Source: Tannerellaceae bacterium (GTDB taxonomy: Bacteria; Bacteroidota; Bacteroidia; Bacteroidales; Tannerellaceae). Taken from it: 64,000 nucleotides of DNA. The stretch lies in NCBI GenBank assembly GCA_031271045.1, contig JAISWO010000013.1, positions 27 through 64,026 of the forward strand, written 5' to 3'. A program made the translations under genes and the position numbers. Of this stretch, positions 52,390-63,470 are shown piece by piece; positions within the stretch are counted from its first letter, which is position 1; each line of letters begins with the position of its first letter. The notes under the pieces are model-generated. The model was not told where the DNA came from. It ran no database searches and worked only from the letters and a program-made list of their open reading frames with translations.

Positions 52390-54582
52390 ATGAGAAAAGA
52401 ATTATTCGCCGCATCTCTCTGCGCATCTTTCTGCCTGACGGCAGCAAGCGGACAGGCGCCCGTCCGTATCTCTACCCACGAGACAGATCTCATCCTCTCC
52501 GTAGCGCCCAACGGACGCCTCTACCAAACCTATCTGGGCAAACGCCTGGCCAACGAAGCCGATCTCGTTCACCTGACCTATAACACTCAGGGCGGCTCCG
52601 ACGCCAGCAGCCCCGCCCGGGGATGGGAAGCCTATCCCGGATCGGGCGCCGAAGATTATTTCGAACCCGCCCTGGCCATTACGCATAATGATGGCAATAT
52701 GACCACTATCCTCTCTTTCGTCTCTTCCGAAACAAAGAAGATAGACGACAACGTGACCGAAACCGTCATCTATCTCCAAGATAAAGTCTACCCCGTCGAA
52801 GTTGCGCTACGCTACGTCGCCTATGGCAGGGAAAACATCCTCAAGTCGTGGAGCGAAATCCGGCACCGCGAAAAGAAACCCGTCACCCTCTGGCGATACG
52901 CCTCCAATATGCTCTATTTCGAACGCGCCGCCTACCACTTGGTCGAATTTAACGGCGACTGGGCCAAAGAAGTCCAAATGAGCGCCCAGGAATTGCAGTT
53001 CGGAAAGAAAGTGATCGAAACCAAACTCGGATCGCGAGCCGCCATGCATGCCCATCCTTTCTTTGAACTCGGACTCGACGGACCGCCGCGCGAAAACGGT
53101 GGTTCTGTCCTGTTGGGAACCATCGGATGGACCGGCAACTTCCAGTTTACCTTTGAAGTCGATCATGCCGGCAACCTGCGCCTCCTGTCGGGCATCAACC
53201 CCTACGCCTCGGCCTACGAACTAAAGCCCGGCGAAGTATTCACTACTCCCGAATTTATCTTCACCCTCAGCGACGAAGGACGCGGACAAGCCAGCCGCAA
53301 TATCCACAACTGGGCGCGACGCTACCAACTCAAAGACGGCCAGGGAGATCGCCTCACCCTGCTGAACAATTGGGAGGCCACCGGCTTTAACTTCGATGAA
53401 CAGAAACTGGAACAACTGATGAAGGAAGCCAAAACGCTGGGCGTCGATATGTTCCTCCTCGACGATGGCTGGTTTGCCAACAAATATCCGCGCGCCAACG
53501 ACCGCGCCGGCCTGGGAGACTGGGACGTGAACCGTGCCAAGCTGCCGGGCGGCATACCGCACCTGGTGCAGGCCGCCGAAGATGCCGGCGTGAAGTTTGG
53601 CCTCTGGATCGAACCCGAAATGGTCAACCCCAAAAGCGAACTCTTCGAAAATCATCCGGACTGGGTCATCCATCAGCCCAATCGCCAAACATACTACTAT
53701 CGCAACCAATTAGTTCTGGACCTTGCCAATCCCAAAGTACAGGACTATGTCTTCGGCATCGTGGATAAAATAATGACGGAAAACCCCACCCTGGCCTATT
53801 TCAAATGGGATTGCAACAGCCCCGTCACCAATGTCTACTCCCCCTATCTGAAAGAAAAACAAAACCAACTGTATGTTGATCACGTACGAGGAGTATATAA
53901 TGTCTTCGAACGAGTAAAGGAGAAGTATCCCAACCTGCCGATGATGCTCTGCTCCGGCGGAGGCGCACGTTGCGACTATGAGGCGATGAAGTACTTCACC
54001 GAATTTTGGTGCAGCGACAATACCGACCCCGTCGAACGCTTGTATATCCAATGGGGTTTCTCGCAATTCTTCCCCAGCAAAGCAATGGCGGCGCATGTGA
54101 CGAGCTGGAACAAAAAGACAAGCATCAAGTTTCGCACCGACGTAGCCATGACATGCAAGCTCGGCTTTGACATTAGCCTGCAGGAAATGGAAGAAAAGGA
54201 GCTAAGCTATTGCCGTGATGCGGTAGCTAACTACAACCGCCTGAAAGACGTCATCCTCGACGGCGATCTTTATCGTCTGGTCTCCCCCTACGAAACGAAT
54301 CATACAGCCGTTATGCACGTAGCCCAAAACCGCGACAAGGCCGTACTGTATACATATGATATATACCCCCGCTTCGGCGAGAAACTGCTGCCTGTGAAAC
54401 TGGAAGGATTAGACGCCTCGAAAACATACAGGGTGGAAGAAATCAACCTGATGCCCGGTAGCCGCTCGCGTCTGGCCGGCAACGGGAAAACCTATACCGG
54501 CGACTATCTGATGAAAGCCGGGCTGAACGTGTTCACGACCAGCTCGACCAACAGCCGCGTGATTGAAATCACGCAACAATAA
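52390..54582 (+). CDS. Alpha-galactosidase (GH36)
   Basis: NNWEA, LDDGWF, FGLWIEPEMV, KWDCN, CSGGGAR, WCSDNTD. Confidence 0.95.
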   Translation: MRKELFAASLCASFCLTAASGQAPVRISTHETDLILSVAPNGRLYQTYLGKRLANEADLVHLTYNTQGGSDASSPARGWEAYPGSGAEDYFEPALAITHNDGNMTTILSFVSSETKKIDDNVTETVIYLQDKVYPVEVALRYVAYGRENILKSWSEIRHREKKPVTLWRYASNMLYFERAAYHLVEFNGDWAKEVQMSAQELQFGKKVIETKLGSRAAMHAHPFFELGLDGPPRENGGSVLLGTIGWTGNFQFTFEVDHAGNLRLLSGINPYASAYELKPGEVFTTPEFIFTLSDEGRGQASRNIHNWARRYQLKDGQGDRLTLLNNWEATGFNFDEQKLEQLMKEAKTLGVDMFLLDDGWFANKYPRANDRAGLGDWDVNRAKLPGGIPHLVQAAEDAGVKFGLWIEPEMVNPKSELFENHPDWVIHQPNRQTYYYRNQLVLDLANPKVQDYVFGIVDKIMTENPTLAYFKWDCNSPVTNVYSPYLKEKQNQLYVDHVRGVYNVFERVKEKYPNLPMMLCSGGGARCDYEAMKYFTEFWCSDNTDPVERLYIQWGFSQFFPSKAMAAHVTSWNKKTSIKFRTDVAMTCKLGFDISLQEMEEKELSYCRDAVANYNRLKDVILDGDLYRLVSPYETNHTAVMHVAQNRDKAVLYTYDIYPRFGEKLLPVKLEGLDASKTYRVEEINLMPGSRSRLAGNGKTYTGDYLMKAGLNVFTTSSTNSRVIEITQQ

Positions 54583-54585
54583 TAA

Positions 54586-56760
54586 TTACTTCTCAACTAA
54601 GGTGAAGTCCAACTGTTTGCGTTCCAGATTGGCTTGGGCGACTTTGATGGTGATCGGGTCGCCCAGCCGGAACTGCTGCTTATGGCGGCGGCCGGTCAGG
54701 CAGTAGCTCTTCTCGTCAAACTCATAGTAATCGTCCTGCAGATCGCGGATAGGAACGAGGCCTTCGCATTTGTTTTCATTCAATTCGACGTATAAGCCCC
54801 ACTCGGTCACCCCTGAGATCACGCCATCGTACACCTTCCCCAATCGTTCGCTCATATATTCCACCTGCTTGTACTTGATGGAAGCGCGTTCGGCATTGGC
54901 GGCAAGCGCCTCCTTATTCGAGCAATGTTCGCACAGTTCCGTGTATTTGGTGCGCGACACACTCCGCCCCCCGGCTAAGTAGCGCTCCAGCAGGCGGTGC
55001 ACCATCATGTCGGGATAGCGCCGGATGGGCGAGGTGAAATGGGTGTAACAGTCGAACGCCAGCCCGTAATGTCCGATGTTATCCGTCGAATACTGCGCCT
55101 TTTGCATGGCGCGTATGGCGAGGGTCTCGATCAGGTTCTCCTCCGGCTTACCTTGTATGGAGTCCAACAGGTAATTGATGCCTTTAGACACTTCGCCCTT
55201 CTTCCCTTCCGTCTTCATCTTATAGCCGAAGCGACGGATGAAGGCGGCAAAGTTTTCCATCTTCTCCGGATCCGGGTTGTCGTGTATGCGGTAGACGAAG
55301 GTGCGTTTGTTTTTCTCTGCGCCGGCTTGGGCGGCGAACTCCGCCACCGTTTTGTTGGCTAAGAGCATAAACTCTTCGATCAGTTTGTTGGCGTCGGCGG
55401 ATTCTTTGAAATAGACACTTACGGGTTTGCCGTTTGCGTCTATCTCGAACTTCACTTCGTAGCGGTCGAAGTTGATGGCGCCGTTTTTGAAGCGTTTGGC
55501 CCGCAGCTTTTTTGCCAAAGCGTCCAGCGCGAGTATTTCTTTCCGGAAGTCTCCCTGCCTGGTTTCGATCACCTGCTGGGCTTCTTCGTAGGTGAATCGC
55601 CGGTCGCTCCGGATGACGGTGCGTTGGATGCGGTAGTTCTTTACCTCGGCATTTGTGTCGAGTTCAAAGATGGTGGAGAAGCAGAGTTTCTCTTCATTGG
55701 GGCGTAGCGAGCAGATGAGGTTGCTCAGTCGTTCGGGAAGCATCGGTATGGTGCGATCGACCAAGTAGACGGACGTCGCCCGTTCCTGCGCCTCGCGGTC
55801 GATGATTGTATCGGGTCGGACATAGTGGGTGACGTCGGCGATATGCACGCCCACTTCCCAGTTTCCGTTCTCCAGCAGGCGCGCCGAGAGGGCGTCGTCG
55901 AAGTCTTTTGCATCTTTGGGGTCAATGGTGAACGTTGGCGTTTCGCGGAAATCTTCCCGTTTGGCAAGGTCTTCAGGGGAGATGACTTCCGGCGTCCGTT
56001 CAGCGGCTTTTTCCACGGAGGGGGGATATTTGTAGGGCAGGCCAAATTCGGCGAGGATAGCGTGCATCTCTGCCGTGTTCTGACCGGCAACGCCTAATAT
56101 ATCGACTACCTCGCCCAGGGGATTCTTGGCATTTTCGGGCCACTCCAGGATGCGGACGATGGCCTTGTCGCCGTTCCGGCCACCCTTGAGTTTGTCTTTC
56201 TGTATGAAAATATCGTTTGCCAGGGTTTTATCTTCGGTCACGAGGAAGGCGAAGCCTTTCGTCACTTGCAGTTTGCCTACGAAGGTCCGCTCCACGCGTT
56301 CCAGTATTTCGACCACTTCGGCTTCCGGTTCGGCGCCCCGCCGTTTGGCCAGCAGTTGCACCTTCACCTTGTCGCCGTGCATGGCGTGGCCGGAGTTGCG
56401 TTCGGCAACGAATACGGGCGAGCCTCCGTCTTCGGGGATAAAGGAGTTTTTCCCGTTACTGCGCCGGTGGAACGTGCCGGTGGCCAGGGTGCCCAAGGTG
56501 TTCAGGCGATAGCGTCCGCGGTCTGTCTCGGTGATGAAATCGTCGGCGGCCAGGTCGTATAAGATGTCTACTACCAGCAGTTTTTGTACCTGGCTCTCTA
56601 ATCCGATATGTTTGCAGATTTGTTTGTAATTGAACGTTTCCTTGGGCGAAGACTGGAATACGGCAATGGCGGCCTGTGCGATGGATTGTTTCTTCATCCG
56701 CTTTCCGTTCTTTTTCTTGTCTTTATTTATCGCGTTGTTTTTGGGTTTGTTTTTTGACAT
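54586..56760 (-). CDS. rnr: Ribonuclease R
   Basis: TIDPKDAKDFDDA, VHIADV, HFTSPIRRYPD, C-terminal S1 domain. Confidence 0.96.
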   Translation of the reverse strand: MSKNKPKNNAINKDKKKNGKRMKKQSIAQAAIAVFQSSPKETFNYKQICKHIGLESQVQKLLVVDILYDLAADDFITETDRGRYRLNTLGTLATGTFHRRSNGKNSFIPEDGGSPVFVAERNSGHAMHGDKVKVQLLAKRRGAEPEAEVVEILERVERTFVGKLQVTKGFAFLVTEDKTLANDIFIQKDKLKGGRNGDKAIVRILEWPENAKNPLGEVVDILGVAGQNTAEMHAILAEFGLPYKYPPSVEKAAERTPEVISPEDLAKREDFRETPTFTIDPKDAKDFDDALSARLLENGNWEVGVHIADVTHYVRPDTIIDREAQERATSVYLVDRTIPMLPERLSNLICSLRPNEEKLCFSTIFELDTNAEVKNYRIQRTVIRSDRRFTYEEAQQVIETRQGDFRKEILALDALAKKLRAKRFKNGAINFDRYEVKFEIDANGKPVSVYFKESADANKLIEEFMLLANKTVAEFAAQAGAEKNKRTFVYRIHDNPDPEKMENFAAFIRRFGYKMKTEGKKGEVSKGINYLLDSIQGKPEENLIETLAIRAMQKAQYSTDNIGHYGLAFDCYTHFTSPIRRYPDMMVHRLLERYLAGGRSVSRTKYTELCEHCSNKEALAANAERASIKYKQVEYMSERLGKVYDGVISGVTEWGLYVELNENKCEGLVPIRDLQDDYYEFDEKSYCLTGRRHKQQFRLGDPITIKVAQANLERKQLDFTLVEK

Positions 56761-56951
56761 GTTTCTATCTCTTTTTTATGCTAATTGAGCTTCAAAAGTA
56801 CACTTTTTTCCGAATATCCGATTGATTTGTGCCTATCTTTAGGAGCGAATAAATAAAAAGCGCTTTTGTTTTTCAAAATGGAGTGTTTTATTAGGAAAAA
56901 TACTACTTTTGCTGGTGGAAATAAATTTAATGTAGCACTATAAGTAAAAAA

Positions 56952-57767
56952 ATGAAACAGATCTGTTTTTTTATTGTCAACAACAGCCGGAAGCTCCTTT
57001 TCTTTTTGTGTATGGCTTTATCCATGACAACTATTCCGGCGCAAGTGCATATCGGATCGGATGCGCCTCCCAACTCCTCCGCTATGCTGGAAGTGTCGGC
57101 CACCGACAAGGGCATCCTCCTTCCCACTGTGGAATTGTCAGCCATCGACGACCGTTCGGTGATTAAGAATGGCGAAACCGCCGATGGGTTGATCGTGTTT
57201 AACACAAAGGAAGATGCTTACAAAAACCTCTATATGGGACTCTATGCCTGGAACAGTGTGGAGGGAATATGGGAAAACCTCGTTAGCGACCAGAGTTTTA
57301 AAGATATGCTCGTTTCGCATTATGCCATCGAAGAAACCTATACCGTGGCAAACAGTACGGCCACACTACTCATGAGCAACGCAAACACAAACACCATGCT
57401 TGAGTTTACGGCTGGCGAATTGGTGGTAAACAAAGAAGGATTTTTCGGCGGGAATCCTGCTCGCTTTACCGTACCTAAAGCCGGATACTACAAGATCATG
57501 TGCGGGATGGAGCTAACTACGGAAGAATCATCTAAGGCTACTAAAGCCTCCTTTCACTTACTAATAGTGCCACCATCACCACAGCAGGGTACTAATACTA
57601 TCACTGTGGAGGCCACACGTTCGGAAATATCAGATGCCCGACCATTGACTCCTTCTATTGAGTATAGCGGTTACCTTGAGAAAGATTATCAGCTCTTTCT
57701 GGTGGCTTCCTGTAATGTAGCCAACAGCACCGTAAGACGAAAACATCTATACATTAGTACCTTTTAA
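56952..57767 (+). CDS. Secreted hypothetical protein, paralog 1 (QVxIG...KGxLLP N-domain plus C1q-like C-domain)
   Basis: Signal peptide ending A|QVHIG, SAMLEVSATDKGILLP, GLIVFNT, FTVPKAGYY; TACTTTTG -7 box at 56904. Confidence 0.75.
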   Translation: MKQICFFIVNNSRKLLFFLCMALSMTTIPAQVHIGSDAPPNSSAMLEVSATDKGILLPTVELSAIDDRSVIKNGETADGLIVFNTKEDAYKNLYMGLYAWNSVEGIWENLVSDQSFKDMLVSHYAIEETYTVANSTATLLMSNANTNTMLEFTAGELVVNKEGFFGGNPARFTVPKAGYYKIMCGMELTTEESSKATKASFHLLIVPPSPQQGTNTITVEATRSEISDARPLTPSIEYSGYLEKDYQLFLVASCNVANSTVRRKHLYISTF

Positions 57768-57777
57768 TAGATCAGCC

Positions 57778-58500
57778 ATGAGAAAATTAATTGTCATTCA
57801 AGCGCTGCTTTTATCGGCCCTGTTCACCCACGGACAGGTCTTTATCGGGACAGAACCGACGGGGAACCCGGTCTTGCTCGAAGTACAATCAATCAACCGG
57901 GGCGTACTGATACCGAGGATAAACATACCGGATACGCTGAACGCCTCCCCGGTGGCGACCCCCCAAAAAGGACTGCTGGTAACGAACATTGCACCGGGCA
58001 AGGAAGGCCTCTATTTCTGGAACGGAAGCGCATGGGAAAAACTGAAAACCAGGAAATCGGTAGCGAGCGACCTCACGCGGTTGGGGAAAAAGATCATCTT
58101 TATCGGGGAAGCGAAAACGTCACCCATGCAAACAATCGCACAGAACGGCACTATTGATGTCCTTCTGGACTCCCATTTAGGTACGCTCGGCGAGAACAAG
58201 TACCATCAAATCGCCGAAGCCGGCGTATACGAAATCATGGCCAGCCTTACGGGCGAGCCCAGCGGGCGAGATGGCTTTATTGTCCTGGATATTCATGATC
58301 ATCAGCAGGGCACTTATCTGGCCCGAACCACCGTTAGCCAATCGCTTAGTTTTGTGGATATAGGTGCCAAGGCCGTTTATTGCGGCCAGTTACCGGCGGG
58401 TAGCAGGATAGGTTTGAGGGTATTCTATGGATCAGGGAGTACGGCTCCGGAGGGAGTGGAGGCGGCCGTTCTGAGCATAAAAAAGATAGGAGTGAATTAA
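57778..58500 (+). CDS. Secreted hypothetical protein, paralog 2
   Basis: G|QVFIG, LLEVQSINRGVLIPR, GLYFWNGSAW, IAEAGVYEI. Confidence 0.75.
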   Translation: MRKLIVIQALLLSALFTHGQVFIGTEPTGNPVLLEVQSINRGVLIPRINIPDTLNASPVATPQKGLLVTNIAPGKEGLYFWNGSAWEKLKTRKSVASDLTRLGKKIIFIGEAKTSPMQTIAQNGTIDVLLDSHLGTLGENKYHQIAEAGVYEIMASLTGEPSGRDGFIVLDIHDHQQGTYLARTTVSQSLSFVDIGAKAVYCGQLPAGSRIGLRVFYGSGSTAPEGVEAAVLSIKKIGVN

Positions 58501-58521
58501 ATTCAAAGAAAGGATAGCAAT

Positions 58522-59301
58522 ATGCAAAGAATACTTTTTTACTTACTTCTGGTTGCCGTCACCCTTCCCGGCCTTGCCGGAGCGCAGGTAACCATAGGCA
58601 TGGACAATATTGTCCACCAGCCCACTTCCTCGGCCATACTGGATTTGAATCCCGTTAATTCCGGCCCGAAGCTGGGCCTGCTCTTGCCCCGGATCCGCAT
58701 CGGTAACCTCTTCGACCGGTCTATTATCACCAACCCGGCCAACTACCTGATCGTCTTTTCGCCCTATACGGAGCAAACATCCCAGTTCGGATTGAACTAT
58801 TGGAATGTCGACCGCTGGTACCGCGTCTTGAATCAGAGCGAATTGTTTGACAGCATATCGACCCAGCGCATCGCGCAAATCGTATTGTTTGCCGAGCAAT
58901 CGAGTTCCGAGACAACCAGTCATAATACGGATAATATCAATGTGCCCCCTTCGACCCCTTACACTCTTCCGATCGACGAAGTCAAATTTGACAGTCAGAA
59001 CGGCTACAACAAGACAACACATGAATACGTCATACCGGAAGACGGTTTTTACGAAATTACCTGTGATGTGAAAATAAAACTTGACAACAGTGGCACGACC
59101 GTGCAAACGTTTATCCTGGTAAACGGTACCATAAAAGTAAACGACCTGGTCAATGCACAGGCGACTGATGTGGTCGGCTCGGTTTTCTATGTAGTCGAGC
59201 TGGATGCAGGCGACAAAGTCAAAGGCGCTGTCGGAGCAGGAAACTGGACGAATGATAAATATAAGGTAATGGACTCTTCCCTGTCGATTGTAAAATATTA
59301 A
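58522..59301 (+). CDS. Secreted hypothetical protein, paralog 3 (C1q-like C-domain)
   Basis: A|QVTIG, SAILDL...GLLLPR, YVIPEDGFYEI, VELDAGDKV. Confidence 0.78.
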   Translation: MQRILFYLLLVAVTLPGLAGAQVTIGMDNIVHQPTSSAILDLNPVNSGPKLGLLLPRIRIGNLFDRSIITNPANYLIVFSPYTEQTSQFGLNYWNVDRWYRVLNQSELFDSISTQRIAQIVLFAEQSSSETTSHNTDNINVPPSTPYTLPIDEVKFDSQNGYNKTTHEYVIPEDGFYEITCDVKIKLDNSGTTVQTFILVNGTIKVNDLVNAQATDVVGSVFYVVELDAGDKVKGAVGAGNWTNDKYKVMDSSLSIVKY

Positions 59302-59340
59302 CCGGGATCTCCACAGGCGCCTGTTAATCCTCAAACGATA

Positions 59341-59457
59341 CAGATCGTCCACAACGTTGTCTACAGATCGTCCACAACGCTGTCTACAGATCGTCCACAA
59401 CGCTGTCTACAGGTCGTCCACAACGTTGTCTACAGGTCGTCCACAACGTTGTGGACG
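59341..59457. repeat. 23-bp tandem repeat, 5 copies, ending in a perfect palindrome
   Basis: CAGRTCGTCCACAACGYTGTCTA at 59341, 59364, 59387, 59410, 59433; last copy ends CGTCCACAACGTTGTGGACG. Confidence 0.93.
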
Positions 59458-59546
59458 GTCGCCTGTATTATTTATGCGACAGGCTTATAAATCGAAGATT
59501 TTTGTCTAAGTTTGCGTCCGGTAATTGATTAAGTTGTTTATGAATT

Positions 59547-60764
59547 ATGAACCCGACAGAACGCTTTTTTAAATATGCTTCCTTTGATACCCAGTCAAGC
59601 GAAACATCACAGACAACGCCCAGTACGCCCGGACAACGCGCTTTGGCCGAAGAGATAGTGAAAGATCTGGAAGAAATCGGTATGGAAGATGTTTCGCTGG
59701 ACGCCAACGGATACGTGATGGCCACCCTTGCGGCCACTTCGTCCAAACAGATCCCGACGATCGGCTTTATCGCTCACTTAGACACCAGCCCCGAAATGCC
59801 GGGCCGCAATGTCCGACCGCGCATCGTGGCCTATGAAGGAGGCGACATCCTCCTGTCGGAAAAAGAAGACATCCGGCTTTCGCCCGCCCTGTTCCCCGAA
59901 CTGAACGACTATGCCGGGCAACAACTTATCGTGACCGATGGAACCACCCTCCTGGGAGCCGACGACAAAGCCGGTATCGCCGCCATCATCTCCGCCATGC
60001 AATACCTCAGAAACCATCCCGCCATAGAACACGGCGCCGTCCGGATCGCTTTTACGCCCGATGAAGAAATCGGACAGGGAGCCGATCATTTCGACGTCGA
60101 AAAGTTCGGATGCGACTGGGCGTACACCGTCGACGGAGGACGGACGGGCGAGCTGGAATACGAGAACTTCAACGCAGCCGTGGCCAACGTGCAGATCAAA
60201 GGCCGCAACGTGCACCCCGGAACCGCCAAAGGAAAGATGCTCAACGCCGCCCTGCTGGCAGCGGAGTTTGCCTCGCTGCTGCCCCCGGAGAAACGCCCCG
60301 AACGTACGGAAGGATACGAAGGCTTCTTTCACCTGACCGAAATACGCGCCACCGTCGAAGAAGCATCCCTGTCGTACCTCATCCGCGAGCACGACCGCAC
60401 CCGGTTTGAAGCCCTCAAGAATCACTTCCGGATCCTGGTCGAAGAGATGAACCAAATCCATCCCGGCTGCGCTACCCTGAACATGAAAGACCAGTACTAT
60501 AATATGCGCGAAGTGATCGAACCGCTGAAACACATCGTCGACCTGGCTGCCCGCGCCATGCAAGCCGCCGGCGTTGCACCGCTCATCCAACCCATACGGG
60601 GCGGCACCGACGGAGCGCGCCTGTCGTACATGGGGCTTCCCTGCCCCAATATCTTTACCGGAGGACATAACTTCCACGGGCGCTATGAATTTCTTCCCGT
60701 CCGGTCGCTCGAAAAAAGCATGCAAACAATCATCAAAATAATAGAATTAAGTTGTTATGAATAA
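59547..60764 (+). CDS. pepT: Peptidase T
   Basis: [34 protein letters not shown]; TAAGTTTG -7 box at 59507. Confidence 0.96.
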   Translation: MNPTERFFKYASFDTQSSETSQTTPSTPGQRALAEEIVKDLEEIGMEDVSLDANGYVMATLAATSSKQIPTIGFIAHLDTSPEMPGRNVRPRIVAYEGGDILLSEKEDIRLSPALFPELNDYAGQQLIVTDGTTLLGADDKAGIAAIISAMQYLRNHPAIEHGAVRIAFTPDEEIGQGADHFDVEKFGCDWAYTVDGGRTGELEYENFNAAVANVQIKGRNVHPGTAKGKMLNAALLAAEFASLLPPEKRPERTEGYEGFFHLTEIRATVEEASLSYLIREHDRTRFEALKNHFRILVEEMNQIHPGCATLNMKDQYYNMREVIEPLKHIVDLAARAMQAAGVAPLIQPIRGGTDGARLSYMGLPCPNIFTGGHNFHGRYEFLPVRSLEKSMQTIIKIIELSCYE

Positions 60765-61842
60765 GACACCATTCACAGATGTGCACATTGCCTTAGGCGC
60801 TAAAATGCACGAATTTGCCGGATTCTATATGCCGATAGAATATACCGGAATCATCGACGAACACCTTGCCGTATGCCACAGCGTGGGCGTATTCGACGTC
60901 TCCCACATGGGAGAGTTTTGGGTCAAAGGCCCCCAGGCATTGGCCTTCATACAGGGAATCACGTCTAACGACGCATCGACCCTGACCGTTGGGAAAGCTC
61001 AATATACCTGCTTCCCGAACGAAGACGGCGGCATCGTGGACGACCTGCTGGTCTATCGCTATGAAGACGAAAAGTATATGCTCGTCGTCAACGCCGGTAA
61101 TATCGCCAAAGACTGGGACTGGTGCGTAACGCATAACACCGCAGGCGCCGAACTGGAAAACGCCTCCGACCGCATCGCACAGTTAGCCATACAAGGCCCC
61201 AAGGCGACGGAAGTCTTGCAACGCCTGACGCCGGTCGACCTCTCCGCCATCCCGTACTACTCCTTCCGGACAGGCGAATTTGCCGGATGCCCGAACGTCA
61301 TCATCTCCAATACCGGCTACACCGGCGCCGGAGGCTTTGAGCTCTACTTCTATCCCAGCGACGCCATGACCCTCTGGAACGCCATCTTTGAAGCCGGCAA
61401 GCCGGAAGGCATCAAACCCATCGGCCTGGGAGCACGCGACACACTCCGCCTCGAGATGGGCTTCTGCCTTTATGGGAACGACCTCGACGATACAACCTCG
61501 CCCATCGAAGCCGGCCTGGGATGGATCACCAAATTTGCCGAAGGCAAAGACTTCACCAACCGCGCCGCGCTGGAGAGTCAGAAGAAAGAAGGCGTGACGC
61601 GCAAGCTCTGCCCTTTCGAAATGATCGACAAAGGCATCCCCCGCCACGGTTACGAGATTGTCGATGCGGAAGGTAACCCGATCGGCGTCGTCACCTCAGG
61701 CACCATGTCGCCCCTGTTGAAGAAAGGGATCGGTATGGGCTACGTGAAGCCCGAATACGCCAAAGCCGGCACGGATATCTACATCCGTATCCGCAACAAA
61801 GACCTGAAAGCCTCCGTCGTCAAAGCGCCGTTCAGGAAATAG
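60757..61842 (+). CDS. gcvT: Glycine cleavage system aminomethyltransferase T
   Basis: [30 protein letters not shown]. Confidence 0.97.
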   Translation: MNKTPFTDVHIALGAKMHEFAGFYMPIEYTGIIDEHLAVCHSVGVFDVSHMGEFWVKGPQALAFIQGITSNDASTLTVGKAQYTCFPNEDGGIVDDLLVYRYEDEKYMLVVNAGNIAKDWDWCVTHNTAGAELENASDRIAQLAIQGPKATEVLQRLTPVDLSAIPYYSFRTGEFAGCPNVIISNTGYTGAGGFELYFYPSDAMTLWNAIFEAGKPEGIKPIGLGARDTLRLEMGFCLYGNDLDDTTSPIEAGLGWITKFAEGKDFTNRAALESQKKEGVTRKLCPFEMIDKGIPRHGYEIVDAEGNPIGVVTSGTMSPLLKKGIGMGYVKPEYAKAGTDIYIRIRNKDLKASVVKAPFRK

Positions 61843-61874
61843 TCGCTCATTACCTTCTGAGGCAATTGCATAAA

Positions 61875-61919
61875 AACTCCGGGCCGGCAAACGATGAAAC
61901 ATTCTGCCGGCCCGGAGTT
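61875..61919. terminator. Hairpin between convergent gcvT and GT2, probable bidirectional terminator
   Basis: AACTCCGGGCCGGCA-N15-TGCCGGCCCGGAGTT perfect 15-bp arms. Confidence 0.7.
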
Positions 61920-61941
61920 CTTGCCTGTATGGAGGGGGGTG

Positions 61942-62889
61942 TTATATTTCCGTTTCGATCTGGTAATGATTGCGACGGGTGGAATTGCGCGAGATCAGTT
62001 CGCCGAGGAAGCCGGCCAGGAACAACTGAGTCCCCAGGATCATCCCCGTGAGGGAGATGTAGAAGAAGGGCGAGTTCGTAACTAAAGGACGAAGGTCGCC
62101 CGCAAAGATGGAAATCATCTTCATCGTCAGCACATAGATCAGCGCTCCGAAACCGATCAGGAACATCACCGTGCCCCAAAGTCCGAAGAAGTGCATCGGC
62201 TTCTTGCCGAACTTGGAGGTAAACCACAGGGTGATCAAGTCTAAGTATCCATTTACGAAACGGCTCAGGCCGAACTTCGTCTGTCCGTACTTGCGCGCCT
62301 GATGCTGCACAGCCTTTTCGCCGATGCGGTGGAAGCCGGCTATCTTGGCCAGGTAGGGAATGTAGCGGTGCATATCGTTGTAGACTTCGATGTTTTTGAT
62401 CACGGTATTCCTGTAAGCTTTCAGTCCGCAGTTGAAATCGTGGAGGTGGACGCCCGAAAATTTACGCGCCGTGGCGTTGAACAGTTTGGTAGGGATGGTT
62501 TTCGACGGCGGATCGTAGCGCTTCTTTTTCCATCCGGAGACGAGGTCGTATCCGTCTTCCCGGATCATCCGGTAAAGTTCAGGGATCTCGTCGGGACTGT
62601 CTTGCAGGTCGGCGTCCATGGTGATGACCACGTCGCCCTGCGCCCGCTGGAATCCGCAGTGAAGGGCGGGAGACTTGCCGTAGTTGCGACGGAACTTGAT
62701 TCCTTTCACATAAGGCGATTGTCGCTGAAGTTCCTCTATGGTTTCCCACGAACGGTCTGTGCTTCCGTCACTGATGAAAATAATCTCGTACGAGAAATTG
62801 TGGAGGCGCATGATCTTTTCGATCCAGGCGTGAAGTTCGGGTAGCGACTCGGCTTCGTTGTATAGCGGGATGACAACTGATATATCCAT
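61942..62889 (-). CDS. Glycosyltransferase family 2 (ArnC/GtrB-like)
   Basis: VIPLYNE, DGSTD, MDADLQD, HDFNCG, two C-terminal transmembrane helices. Confidence 0.92.
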   Translation of the reverse strand: MDISVVIPLYNEAESLPELHAWIEKIMRLHNFSYEIIFISDGSTDRSWETIEELQRQSPYVKGIKFRRNYGKSPALHCGFQRAQGDVVITMDADLQDSPDEIPELYRMIREDGYDLVSGWKKKRYDPPSKTIPTKLFNATARKFSGVHLHDFNCGLKAYRNTVIKNIEVYNDMHRYIPYLAKIAGFHRIGEKAVQHQARKYGQTKFGLSRFVNGYLDLITLWFTSKFGKKPMHFFGLWGTVMFLIGFGALIYVLTMKMISIFAGDLRPLVTNSPFFYISLTGMILGTQLFLAGFLGELISRNSTRRNHYQIETEI

Positions 62890-62891
62890 AT

Positions 62892-63470
62892 TTATAGTTT
62901 TTGTTCCTGATTATCTTGATTATCTTGATTTCCCCGGTTGGCCTGATTTCCTCCCAGGTAGGTAATGCCCGTGGTATGTTTCCTGCATAATAAGGCAGCT
63001 ATGGGCGCCGACAGGATGATGCCGTAGAAGACGTTGGTCAATATCTCCTGAAGCGTCAGCCGGATGGGCGTCAGTACGGGCATTTGGTTGAGCGCCTCTT
63101 CGGCTTGTGGGTTTATTTCTTTTACCATATTCACCGCCACTTCCATGACGTTGGCGATATAATCGGCAGGCGCCAGGTATCTGTAAAAGACATAATGCAG
63201 CAGCGAGACAATCAATGCGGCAAAGAAATAGAGCAGAACACCAAACTGCCAGGCATGGAAAAAACCGATTATCCCGCCAATCATTATCTTATACACCTTG
63301 GTAAACAGGTAAGCGAAGACGAGAGTCAGCGGCGTCAATGTCCAATAAACAACACCCATCGCAGGATGCGTAACACTCCAGATGAAAAAGATATATTTTA
63401 TAACCCAGAAGATGCCCAGCAGCAGGCCGTAAAACATTGCGCTTCGTAACAATTGGTTCTTATTTTCCAT
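62892..63470 (-). CDS. DUF4199-like membrane protein
   Basis: Start MENKNQ at 63470; AMFYGLLLG, four transmembrane segments, directly upstream of GT2. Confidence 0.7.
   Translation of the reverse strand: MENKNQLLRSAMFYGLLLGIFWVIKYIFFIWSVTHPAMGVVYWTLTPLTLVFAYLFTKVYKIMIGGIIGFFHAWQFGVLLYFFAALIVSLLHYVFYRYLAPADYIANVMEVAVNMVKEINPQAEEALNQMPVLTPIRLTLQEILTNVFYGIILSAPIAALLCRKHTTGITYLGGNQANRGNQDNQDNQEQKL

Noticed and set aside
62900-62950. 9-bp repeats at the 3' end of the DUF4199-like gene (NQDNQD)
   Set aside because: Ordinary low-complexity coding tail
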